Positions 10,051 to 18,752 of a stretch of 64,000 nucleotides of DNA are shown here, piece by piece (position 1 is the first letter of the stretch; the number at the start of each line of letters is the position of its first letter). The stretch is taken from NCBI GenBank assembly GCA_965221905.1, contig OZ244922.1, positions 3,360,001 through 3,424,000 of the forward strand, read 5' to 3'. A model generated the notes under the pieces. The model saw only the letters and a list, made by a program, of their open reading frames with translations. It was not told the DNA's origin and did not search any database. The stretch comes from Chloroflexota bacterium (GTDB lineage Bacteria; Chloroflexota; UBA11872; VXOZ01). A program made the translations under genes and the position numbers.

Positions 10051-11403
10051 ATGAAACGAACAATCACGGCATTGTTGCTTGGCGTTGCCTTAGTCCTGTT
10101 CACCGGCGCGTCGGCGCAGGCCGCAGATTGCGAGTATCGCTTGGGCTTCAAGACACTCCGCGACCTTATCGGACACCATATCGTCGGCGAGTGCTTGGAG
10201 AATGAGCATTATAACGCTATAGGCGATAGCAATCAGCAATCCACCGGCGGACTTATGGCATGGCGCAAGGCAGACAACTGGACCGCGTTCACGGACGGGT
10301 ACCGCACGTGGATCAACGGCCCCAACGGTCTAGTCCAGCGCTTGAACACGGAACGGTTCTCCTGGGAGGCCGACCACATTCACACACCGCCGCCGACACC
10401 GGGTCCGCCTCCCCCACCGGCTCCTACCGCTGTGCCACGGCCAACCACAGACCCAACACTTGCCCATGCGTTCCACATCATGCGCAATACGCCGACCGGC
10501 AATAAAATCGCGGATAAGTTCGTGCAATTGGGGATGAGCGCAGTGTTTGGACACATAGGAGATTTTCGGGCCCGATATGAAACTTCACTGCGCCGCATTA
10601 TCATCAGTGAAGGATATCGATATGAGAGCTATGAGGCGCTCGCTTATGTGTTGATTTGGCCGACGATAGCGCTAATGCTCGAGGTAGAAGATGGTCCTGC
10701 GCAATCTTGGGAAGCCTGCATGCTTAGAGAAGGCGTCAGAGAGGGTTTCGGCGCCCAGTATTGGCTGGAGGCATTTGGCGCGAACGGCAAGCGGAATCCT
10801 TCGCAATTGGAGCAATCAGCAAACAACGATGCGGCTTGGCTTAACGTGAACAATCTTAAATATGTTTGGATGGACTCATATTGGAGAGATGAATGCAACG
10901 AGGTTGGAGCGGGGCCGTATATCGATCCCGACCTGGCGCAGGCGTATGTGACGGCAATGCAGGGCCAATCTGAACTCGGCCAGGCGGCGGTAGACGTGGT
11001 CGTTGAGGCAGGCACTGAGGTGGTATTTGGACGCGTCAGCGGTTGGGGTGCTTACTCTCTGTCCCGCAACCGCATAACCATAAGTGAATCGTTGAGGGGC
11101 TATAGCCGTCAGGTGCTGGCCGTAGTGCTCATTCACGAGACGTATCACGTTGAATCACACCGGTACAGAGGGGGTCGGCCAGCAGCTACCGCTGCGGAAT
11201 GCCTGCAAGAGGAGGTAGATGCGTTCAGACTGCAAGCCTCGTGGTGGTATGATCGGTACGGTCGCTACGGCAAAAGGAATCCTAATCGCGTGGAGCAAAC
11301 AATAAACAATCTCATGTGGGCGTGGTTCAATGATGATCTGCGAGAATGGGTACTGCTCAGCGATAGCTACCAGAACCAATGCCTAGGCGGCGTGGTCGAG
11401 TGA
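10051..11403 (+). CDS. Secreted protein: signal peptide, N-terminal domain, Pro-rich linker, two tandem zincin-like domains (second with HExxH)
   Basis: Signal peptide ending AQA-A, PPPTPGPPPPP linker, internal repeat with GKRNP twice, LIHETYH in repeat 2. Confidence 0.8.
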   Translation: MKRTITALLLGVALVLFTGASAQAADCEYRLGFKTLRDLIGHHIVGECLENEHYNAIGDSNQQSTGGLMAWRKADNWTAFTDGYRTWINGPNGLVQRLNTERFSWEADHIHTPPPTPGPPPPPAPTAVPRPTTDPTLAHAFHIMRNTPTGNKIADKFVQLGMSAVFGHIGDFRARYETSLRRIIISEGYRYESYEALAYVLIWPTIALMLEVEDGPAQSWEACMLREGVREGFGAQYWLEAFGANGKRNPSQLEQSANNDAAWLNVNNLKYVWMDSYWRDECNEVGAGPYIDPDLAQAYVTAMQGQSELGQAAVDVVVEAGTEVVFGRVSGWGAYSLSRNRITISESLRGYSRQVLAVVLIHETYHVESHRYRGGRPAATAAECLQEEVDAFRLQASWWYDRYGRYGKRNPNRVEQTINNLMWAWFNDDLREWVLLSDSYQNQCLGGVVE

Positions 11404-11730
11404 GGATAGTGGTGGCGCATCACCGCAGCCGTGCTGCCTGCAGAAGTTGTGTCTCTAGGCTGCTGGACTCCGTCATGTTCCCGTGTCGGTGTGCGCTTGA
11501 TCCACGCAACACGCCGTAGCGTGGCGGGTACGGCGCGGCATGTGGATGAATCTATTGAGTTATATCTTGGCTAGGGCAGCAAGCACTTTTGCAGTCACCC
11601 ACGTACCAGTAGCAACCATATGCCGTGCTTAATGCCAATCCGTCAAACCTAAACTGACTAGACGGCAGCAAGGACGGGAAGCACATAAAACCTGCCTACG
11701 GAGGACTTTCTCAGGATAGGAGTATAAAGG

Positions 11731-12432
11731 CTATTGATGTGGTCTAATTATCCCAGTGAGTAATGGAACGTTGTAGAAATCTCCTAACCATATGGTTGCA
11801 TCCTTATCGTCAGAGCATTCCCAGTAGCCGTATGCAAATACGCCTTCTTGTATGATTCTCATGTTGGCCAATGGAGAATCATCATATAGGCCTCTAAAGA
11901 AATCTACTCTTTCGCGGTCAATACCAATTTGCGATACTTTTGCTTGAACACTATGGGTTTCAGGAACTCTGTAGCCTTTTTCGTAATAGAAGAGCCCTCG
12001 GATGATTCTTTCCGCGACCCGATCGACTCTATCCACTTCTGGGAAACTGACAAGGTGAGTGCGATTTGGGATCAATAGATTACCCCTAGTGACCACAGGG
12101 ACTTCCTGCATTTCTTCGAGAATTCTGAAGGCCAGCCCATTTAAGCCAGGACGTGCCAATCTTGTGTATACTTCTTCCTTCTTGCGCTCGATAATCTCTC
12201 TATCCTGATCCGATACCTCTAAGAACCCATTAGCAATCATCCCGTCTGCGGCAAATAAAGCACCGCACATGAAATATTCATCATCCTTTGACGAACCTTG
12301 ACACTTTTTGCAGGATGGGACGGTTATGAGGTCATCGTCGTTCGGTGGTGGCTTTGGAAAGATACATCTAGGCGGAACGTGGTCCCTAGTTGCTGGGTTT
12401 TCGGTTCCACAGTAAACACAATGATTCTCCAC
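11731..12432 (-). CDS. HNH-like zinc-binding endonuclease domain protein
   Basis: CVYC...TRDHVPP...ITVPSCKKC...SKDDEYF; AT-richer than its flanks. Confidence 0.75.
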   Translation of the reverse strand: MENHCVYCGTENPATRDHVPPRCIFPKPPPNDDDLITVPSCKKCQGSSKDDEYFMCGALFAADGMIANGFLEVSDQDREIIERKKEEVYTRLARPGLNGLAFRILEEMQEVPVVTRGNLLIPNRTHLVSFPEVDRVDRVAERIIRGLFYYEKGYRVPETHSVQAKVSQIGIDRERVDFFRGLYDDSPLANMRIIQEGVFAYGYWECSDDKDATIWLGDFYNVPLLTGIIRPHQ

Positions 12433-12657
12433 TACTTCCTTGTCCTCGTTGTGCGGCTCAGATCTCTCTTAGTCCTTAAGACCTCTTGTCTATGGTGCTC
12501 GCAAGAATTGACTTCATCAGGCTACCTACCCACGTAATGTGGTCAAGAATGACCTTACTATAGCGTATTTATTCCCGGCAAATGAGAAGGGGTAACGCGC
12601 GTTAGGCTGGTTACGGCGCGGAACAGACCATCAACTGGGAGGGAGAATCGTCGCATA

Positions 12658-12909
12658 TCATGAAGGAAGAATAAATACCTCTTCCTCGGCGGTTACGTGC
12701 TCTATCAGGGCTTTCTCTATAGGTATTCCTTCTGAATTGAGCCGGCTGAGCAGCCGATCAAGGTTCGTGTCGCTCCCTACGACGGTCTGGTTTAGTATTG
12801 CGACCCACTGTTCAGGAAACTGTTGGAGAAGCCCCTCGTAGCAAGACTCGTAGTAATCAATGTCCTGCTGAAAGCGGGCGATACTTTCTTGTTGGCTCTC
12901 TGGGGTCAT
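12658..12909 (-). CDS. Small DUF5678-like protein
   Basis: 83 aa with LLQQFPEQWVAILNQTVVGSD motif; AGGAGG RBS. Confidence 0.7.
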   Translation of the reverse strand: MTPESQQESIARFQQDIDYYESCYEGLLQQFPEQWVAILNQTVVGSDTNLDRLLSRLNSEGIPIEKALIEHVTAEEEVFILPS

Positions 12910-13053
12910 TACAGGGTGCCTCCTGACTGGTCTCTAACTAGAGTATCATAGTACATTTAGGTCACTCAATGCCCTTGCCCGCTGTCCGCATGATTCTGTA
13001 CTGTAAGTGCAGAGTATCCTCATGATCATGCATGGTTGCGGTGGAGTATCCTG

Positions 13054-13722
13054 GTGGCGGATCAGACCCCTGAGCAAGTCCTAGACGAAATTGGCGCGGA
13101 AGTGCGGCGGTGCACGGCGTGTCGGCTTTGCGAGAAGCGGACTAAGGCCGTGCCGGGTGAAGGGGCGCTCAAGAGCGGCATCATGTTCATCGGCGAGGGG
13201 CCGGGGTTTCACGAAGACCGGCAGGGGAGGCCGTTCGTTGGGCAGGCGGGGAAGCTGCTGGAGGAGATGCTGGCCGCCGTCGGCTTGCGGCGCGAGCAGG
13301 TGTACATTACTAACGTCGTCAAGTGCCGTCCGCCGGACAATCGCGATCCCCAACCGGACGAGATCGCCGCCTGCAACGGCTACCTAGACCGCCAACTTGC
13401 CGCCATCGATCCCCGCATCGTCGTCACGCTCGGCCGCTTCTCGCTGGCGCGCTTCTTTCCAGGAGCGAAAATTTCCGCCGTTCACGGAGAGCCCAAATTC
13501 GCAGATGGTCGCGCCTACGTGCCCTTCTACCATCCGGCGGCGGGCCTGCGCACTCCAGCCATCAAGCAGATGCTTTTCGATGACGTTCAAAAGCTGCCCG
13601 CCATTGCCAAGCGCCTCAAAGAACTGGATGCGCAGGGATTGTTCGACCGGCAAGAGACGGAAGCCGCAGTCGCCGAAACCGCCGAAGACGATCCCGCCGC
13701 CGATCAACTCAGCCTGTTTTGA
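13054..13722 (+). CDS. Uracil-DNA glycosylase, family 4 (Fe-S type)
   Basis: CTACRLC, IGEGPG, GRPFVG, ITNVVKCRPPDNRDP, YHPAA; start placed at GTG 13054 after GGAG. Confidence 0.92.
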   Translation: MADQTPEQVLDEIGAEVRRCTACRLCEKRTKAVPGEGALKSGIMFIGEGPGFHEDRQGRPFVGQAGKLLEEMLAAVGLRREQVYITNVVKCRPPDNRDPQPDEIAACNGYLDRQLAAIDPRIVVTLGRFSLARFFPGAKISAVHGEPKFADGRAYVPFYHPAAGLRTPAIKQMLFDDVQKLPAIAKRLKELDAQGLFDRQETEAAVAETAEDDPAADQLSLF

Positions 13723-13800
13723 AAGTCCGGCAATCTCCACTTCAATTGGGAAGATCACGTCGCCCTCTGAGGGCATCTGCCGTAATTCGGCTCAATTCAA

Positions 13801-13969
13801 CTAGAATTAGCCCAATAAATACAAAGCTCTGCGCAGACCTGCCCTTCGACAGGCTCAGGGCGAACGGGAAGACGAAAAATCCGTTCGTGCTGAGTTTGTC
13901 TGTCCTGAGCTTGACGAAGGGTCGAAGCACGAAACGGCAAGTCGAATCTATTTATGAGATAGCTTCTAG
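13801..13969. mobile_element. Short CTAG-ended MITE-like element carrying a REP doublet
   Basis: Left end ctagaa-N8-ataaat mirrors right end atttat-N8-ttctag; inside are cccttcgacaggctcagggcgaacgg and ccgttcgtgctgag. Confidence 0.5.
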
Positions 13970-14039
13970 TCGATTATACGGGCCCATTACTCTCACCCCC
14001 GGATCGAGAACGGGGCAGGCTCGAGCCCACTCCCTCAGT

Positions 14040-14467
14040 GAGATCGTTGCGTAACTCCGCCAAACAGGTGGAATCGGGCTGGATCGGCGCGGACTTCCCC
14101 TCAACCCGACCCTCTCCCTCTCTCTTGTACAGACTGGGGACATAGGTAACAGTTGTTCGGGGACATGGGTTACACATTTTACTGATTGACACCTACGGGA
14201 GCTTTGGGTTGGGCGGGGATTGAGACGCAACTGGCGACACAACGTGCTCATGTTCAGCTTGCAGCTTGTGCCAGAGAAACAAACCGTGTGCACTAGGGTA
14301 TTGAGTGGATATAGCTTTCAAGGCAAGGACATTGCATTCTACGAAAACTCCCAAGTTCTATGGTGTAACCTATGTCTCCGAACATGTGTAACCTATGTAC
14401 CCGGTCTATACACTCTCAGGACGAGGGAGGTCTTCTCGCCAGCCGGCCCGGGTTATGCAAAGGTCTC
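14040..14467. mobile_element. Non-autonomous IS5/IS1182-like TIR element inserted in a REP hairpin
   Basis: TIRs gagatcgttgcgtaac and gttatgcaaaggtctc (13/16 match); flanks ctcagt and ctcaat; no transposase. Confidence 0.65.
14126..14412 (-). mobile_element. Internally deleted IS481-family remnant (MITE)
   Basis: About 50-bp imperfect TIRs TGTACAGACTGGGGACATAGGTAACA.../TGTATAGACCGGGTACATAGGTTACA...; degenerate transposase traces on the minus strand (ttg cct tga aag for MPWK, RFVSLAQ, NMSTLCRQ, KCVTHVPEQLLPMSPVCT); flanks ctctct and ctctca. Confidence 0.85.
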
Positions 14468-14526
14468 CTCAATGGAGAGGGTAGAATGCCACTTGTGTCG
14501 GGTTTACTGCTGCGCTAGTATCGAAT

Positions 14527-14720
14527 CTGGCGAAGTCCCGCGCCAAACTCTCTTTCCGGATACCTGCGCTATCTGGCGATGGCGAGAGCAAAGGGGATAT
14601 GTGTCCTCGGGAACGCACGTGACTGTGCTTATTGTTCCGTAATCGTTGGAGCGTTTCTCAAGAGAGAGGCCAAAGCGCGCAGGGCAATGGCTGATCTCCT
14701 TATGAGAAAGGGTTTCAGCA
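14527..14720 (+). promoter_or_regulatory. Candidate structured cis-regulatory RNA leader
   Basis: Six to seven complementary segment pairs in 190 nt directly 5' of the GTG at 14721, including a hairpin covering the RBS; no Rfam family recognised. Confidence 0.45.
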
Positions 14721-16034
14721 GTGACGAAGCAAAAGCACTTCAAACAGCTTGTCCGTGCGCGCATGGCGAAGACCGGCGAGAGCTATACTACCGCTCGCCG
14801 CCACGTACTCGCAGCCCAAACCAAAGGCGAATCTTCCGTGGCTGATCTTCCCCACTTTCCCGGCATTCACCCGGAGACAACGGCCCTGCGCGCGGCCTTA
14901 GCCCACGCGGGTGTCACCAATCCGCACACCGGCGAATTCTTCACGGAGCCCATGGTCTTCGGCATCGCCGGCGGCATCGGCGCCGGCGTATTCCACTTCT
15001 ACTATGCTGCCGAGGATTTCGCCAGCTTCTATATCGCAGGTCGGCACCGCTGGCAGGAGGGCGACGCGTATCTGATCGACGCTTGCCGACGGTTCGGCGT
15101 GACGCCAACGGTCCTTGAAACCGGCGCCAAGAAGCGCGCCGCTACGCAATTGGCTGAAGCGGTTGCTGCCACCGGCTGCGCCGTCGCCTGGGTGGATATG
15201 GGATTCCTGCCCTATCGCGGTATGTCTACCTGCGTCTCCGGCGGCGGCTACCACGTGATTTCGGTCTATCGTGTCACGGACGAGGAAGCGCTTATAGGCG
15301 ACCTTACCGACGATCCGATATCGATTTCGCTCGATGACCTAGCAGAAGCCCGTGCCCGTATCAAGAAGCAGAAGAATCGTGTAATGACCGTTTCCAGCCC
15401 GCAGGAGGACATTGATCTGCGTGAAGCCGTGCTGGCGGGCATACAGGCGTGCCAAGACGGACTCATAAACCAGCGCATGAAGAATTTTACCCTGGAGGCG
15501 TTCAAGACCTGGGCCGACCGCATCCACGGCAGCAGCGGCAAAGATAGCTGGGAACAGGTCTTTCCACCGGGGCACCGCCTGCTGCAAGGGCTGCGCTCGG
15601 TATACGACTTTGTCGAGCACTACCACACCGGCGGCGGTCTGATGCGCCCGCTCTACGCCGCGTTCTTCCAAGAGGCAGCCGAGGCGTTGGACGATGAAGC
15701 GTTCGTGCCGTTGGCGGAGATGTACGCCGAGCTTGGGCGACAGTGGAGCGACCTAGCTGATGCAGCTTTGCCTGATAGTGTCGCGCCTTTCCGCGAGGCG
15801 AAGGAACTGCTGGCCCGCCGAGAAGAGCTCTTTCTCAGTGAAGCACCCAACGCTACAGAGGAAATCGAAGGTATCTGGATCCAACTCACCGCTCTGGAAC
15901 AGGCCATGAGCGCCGACTTCCCCCTCACGGATGCGGATAGCGCACGCCTGAGAGCGGAGTTGAAGGAGCGCATCCTCGAAATCTACGCAAACGAGCGCGC
16001 CGCCCATGAGGCGCTGGGCGACCAGGTGACTTAG
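14721..16034 (+). CDS. BtrH N-terminal / DUF4872 domain protein with basic N-terminal helix
   Basis: MTKQKHFKQLVRARMAKTGESYTTARR N-terminus; TEPMVFGIAGGIG, WVDMGFLPY, GGYHVI, GGGLMRPLYAAFFQEAA. Confidence 0.75.
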   Translation: MTKQKHFKQLVRARMAKTGESYTTARRHVLAAQTKGESSVADLPHFPGIHPETTALRAALAHAGVTNPHTGEFFTEPMVFGIAGGIGAGVFHFYYAAEDFASFYIAGRHRWQEGDAYLIDACRRFGVTPTVLETGAKKRAATQLAEAVAATGCAVAWVDMGFLPYRGMSTCVSGGGYHVISVYRVTDEEALIGDLTDDPISISLDDLAEARARIKKQKNRVMTVSSPQEDIDLREAVLAGIQACQDGLINQRMKNFTLEAFKTWADRIHGSSGKDSWEQVFPPGHRLLQGLRSVYDFVEHYHTGGGLMRPLYAAFFQEAAEALDDEAFVPLAEMYAELGRQWSDLADAALPDSVAPFREAKELLARREELFLSEAPNATEEIEGIWIQLTALEQAMSADFPLTDADSARLRAELKERILEIYANERAAHEALGDQVT

Positions 16035-16369
16035 GCTCTGCTTGATCAGTAGTTTTCACGGGGTTAACCACAGCGCCTAACAATGTCGTGTAACCTGCAC
16101 GAGACACAGCTCCTAATGGCAGCGGTGTGGTGTCCTGCTTGGACCTCAATTAGGAAAGTATGGCGGCCAATGTCAGGAAATGACCACCGCGAATCCTTTG
16201 GGGTCTTAAGAAGGTTGACTGAAAGATCTGGTGTCATCTCCGCCAACACAATCCTCTGCTCCACTACAAACAGATTAGCTAACAAAGGCATTGACGTTTT
16301 CAATGTATCTCTTGCTGCTGTGGTAAGCTAAGGCAGTAGTTTAGAAGGTAGAGAGTTGGTGTGTTTCTT

Positions 16370-17206
16370 ATGGAAGAAAATATCTCCAATTGGACAAACA
16401 CGATTCATGTGGGAGATTGTCTTGATGTAATGAAGAATATGCCTTCTGATTCTGTTGACCTAATTGTGACATCTCCCCCATACGCCGATGCCCGACAGCA
16501 TACCTATGGTGGAATTCCCCCAAAAGCCTATGTTTCTTGGTTTTCGGATAGGGCAGAACAGATGTTGCGAGTGCTGAAGCCATCAGGTTCTCTTGTCCTG
16601 AACATCAAAGAAAAGGTTGTTGACGGTCAGCGACATACCTACGTCTTGGAACTGATACTAGCACTAAACAGAGATATTGGTTTCCGGTGGGTAGAGGAAT
16701 ACATTTGGCACAAGACTACAGCAGCTCCAGGCAAGTGGAAATACCGATTCAGGGACTCGTGGGAGAGGATTCTGCACTTTAGTAAGACGCCGGACCTGAA
16801 AATGAGGCAAGATGCCGTCAAAGTGCCTGTTGGAGACTGGACGAAGACTCGTCTAAAGAACATGAGTGCGAATGACCTTACTCGGCAGGAATCAAGGACG
16901 AACTCTAAGGTAGGCCGACGAATAGCCGCATGGGAAGGAAAGAGAACAGTTTATCCAAGCAACGTCTTGCATCGCTCGCCAATAGCCCATAACACTGGCC
17001 ACAGCGCCGCTTTCCCTGAATGGCTTCCAGAGTTCTTTATCCTATTGTTTACTGATGAGGGCGATGTTGTTCTTGATCCTTTCTCTGGCAGTGGAACTAC
17101 GTACCGCGTTGCGGAACGCCTGGGGCGAGTACCTGTAGGGATAGAGATTAACGAAGAATATGTCCAAGAACAGCTCTATTTTCGACAACAGGTCAGTGAT
17201 GTCTAA
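16370..17206 (+). CDS. Site-specific DNA methyltransferase (N4/N6 amino-MTase, beta class)
   Basis: Catalytic VTSPPY precedes HSAAFP and the SAM-binding motif VLDPFSGSGTT. Confidence 0.92.
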   Translation: MEENISNWTNTIHVGDCLDVMKNMPSDSVDLIVTSPPYADARQHTYGGIPPKAYVSWFSDRAEQMLRVLKPSGSLVLNIKEKVVDGQRHTYVLELILALNRDIGFRWVEEYIWHKTTAAPGKWKYRFRDSWERILHFSKTPDLKMRQDAVKVPVGDWTKTRLKNMSANDLTRQESRTNSKVGRRIAAWEGKRTVYPSNVLHRSPIAHNTGHSAAFPEWLPEFFILLFTDEGDVVLDPFSGSGTTYRVAERLGRVPVGIEINEEYVQEQLYFRQQVSDV

Positions 17207-17846
17207 ATTGAGTTGGATTACTGATGAAGACCTGAATCATGCAATAGTAAAATTCCGAGAATCCGCCACTAATGCGTTGGATCAAGCAAAGAGACGCCAG
17301 CATAGGAATGTAATTGACCCATTTCTATCCTTAATCATCGCCTCTACTTTTGATATTGCCAGCAAAGAGGAACTGACACGATTACAGGAGAGCGAGTCCG
17401 CACTTAGGGGGATGTCAAATGCTCTCGGCCTTTTCCATCAGGACATACTTTCTGGTGTAGCGGGGTGGGTTAACCACGATGCTGGGTACGATTTGGATTG
17501 CCAGAGGAATAAGGAATTAGCAGAGATAAAGAACAAACACAACACAATGAACGCAGACAATAGGGAAAAGGTCATCAGCAATTTGGACACTGCTGTTAAG
17601 CAAAAGGGCCAAGGATGGAAAGGGTACCTAGTTATCATAGTTCCCAAAAAGCCTCTGCGCTATGAAAAAAGCCTTGGCACTTTGCGCCCAGTATTTGAGA
17701 TTGACGGTGCATCGTTTTACCACAAAGTGACAGGATGTGCCAGTGCACTGCATGATCTATTCGATGCACTCTGCAAGGACTTAACTGAATCACATGAGAT
17801 TGCAGAGTATTGCAGAGGGTTAATGACCACCTCCATTCCCAGGTAG
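17199..17846 (+). CDS. Type II restriction endonuclease, Eco47II-like family
   Basis: NVIDPF, NALGLFHQDIL, GYDL...AEIKNKHNTMN (PD-(D/E)xK), EIDGASFY; overlaps the MTase end by 8 bp. Confidence 0.8.
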   Translation: MSKLSWITDEDLNHAIVKFRESATNALDQAKRRQHRNVIDPFLSLIIASTFDIASKEELTRLQESESALRGMSNALGLFHQDILSGVAGWVNHDAGYDLDCQRNKELAEIKNKHNTMNADNREKVISNLDTAVKQKGQGWKGYLVIIVPKKPLRYEKSLGTLRPVFEIDGASFYHKVTGCASALHDLFDALCKDLTESHEIAEYCRGLMTTSIPR

Positions 17847-17938
17847 ACGTAAGCGATTAGTATGCTGCCAATCATGTCCCCTCTCTTGGCATTGCGTATA
17901 ACTGTTGATTTACTGTTATGTTGACCTAGTTTCTGGCG

Positions 17939-18520
17939 TTATTGCCGAAGCCCGCGACGCACTTCGGCAATGAGCGTGGGATCAGCCTTCAGGCGGATTG
18001 CGCTTTGCAGGTCTGCTTGGGCTTCGGCAGTACTTCCCATGTATCCATAGCAGAGCGCCCGAAAGGCGTACGCGCGCGCATGCCGGCCGTCGAGTTGAAT
18101 GGCACGGCTGAACTCTGCGATGGCGCCATCGAAGTCACCGAGATCGTAGTAGGCGAGACCGCGCGCGAAGTGCCGTGCAGCCGGATTTTCCGCTGGCGCA
18201 GCACTTGGCTTCGCCGATGTGCGCGCCGCGGGCTCTCTCTTCAAGGTGTAGTAAGCAAGTGGGTGACTGGTGTAGGCATCGGAAAGGAGTCTAGGCGGAA
18301 TCTCTCCGCTGGCATAGGCCCTCTGGCGGCGATAGTAATCCGCGTAAATGAAGACGTTGGCGCGGTCGAAGTGCCCCGCCAACTCCGCACGCGGAGTCGT
18401 AGCCACCCAGCTATAGTCCAAGGTCGGCCGCTGCGTCTCCGGCGCAGGCTCGCGGGCACCGTCACAACCCGCAAGCGTGAGTGTCAAGAGAAGAATCAGC
18501 CGGAGACATGACCGGTTCAT
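17939..18520 (-). CDS. TPR-containing lipoprotein
   Basis: Lipobox LAGC; TPR-like RGLAYYDLGDFDGAIAEFSRAIQL. Confidence 0.8.
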   Translation of the reverse strand: MNRSCLRLILLLTLTLAGCDGAREPAPETQRPTLDYSWVATTPRAELAGHFDRANVFIYADYYRRQRAYASGEIPPRLLSDAYTSHPLAYYTLKREPAARTSAKPSAAPAENPAARHFARGLAYYDLGDFDGAIAEFSRAIQLDGRHARAYAFRALCYGYMGSTAEAQADLQSAIRLKADPTLIAEVRRGLRQ

Positions 18521-18752
18521 TATTGATTCGCACCCCCTTTCCCTCGCGTCCGGTTTGTCATCATTTCACCACGTTGCCGCGTACTTTTCCACCCCCATTC
18601 TCACCCTTTCGCTCAAAATGCTCGATTACTTTGGAGGCGTGGGGCAATCTCGTGCCGTTAATTACTGTGCGCCTGGGCATACTGTGGAACGGCAAGGTGA
18701 GCCAAAGTCTATATAATGGCAGAGAGGATTCTGCCATAGGAGGTACCATTTA

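Noticed and set aside
16064-16331. Controller (C) protein upstream of the R-M pair
   Set aside because: Neither short ORF shows an HTH pattern.
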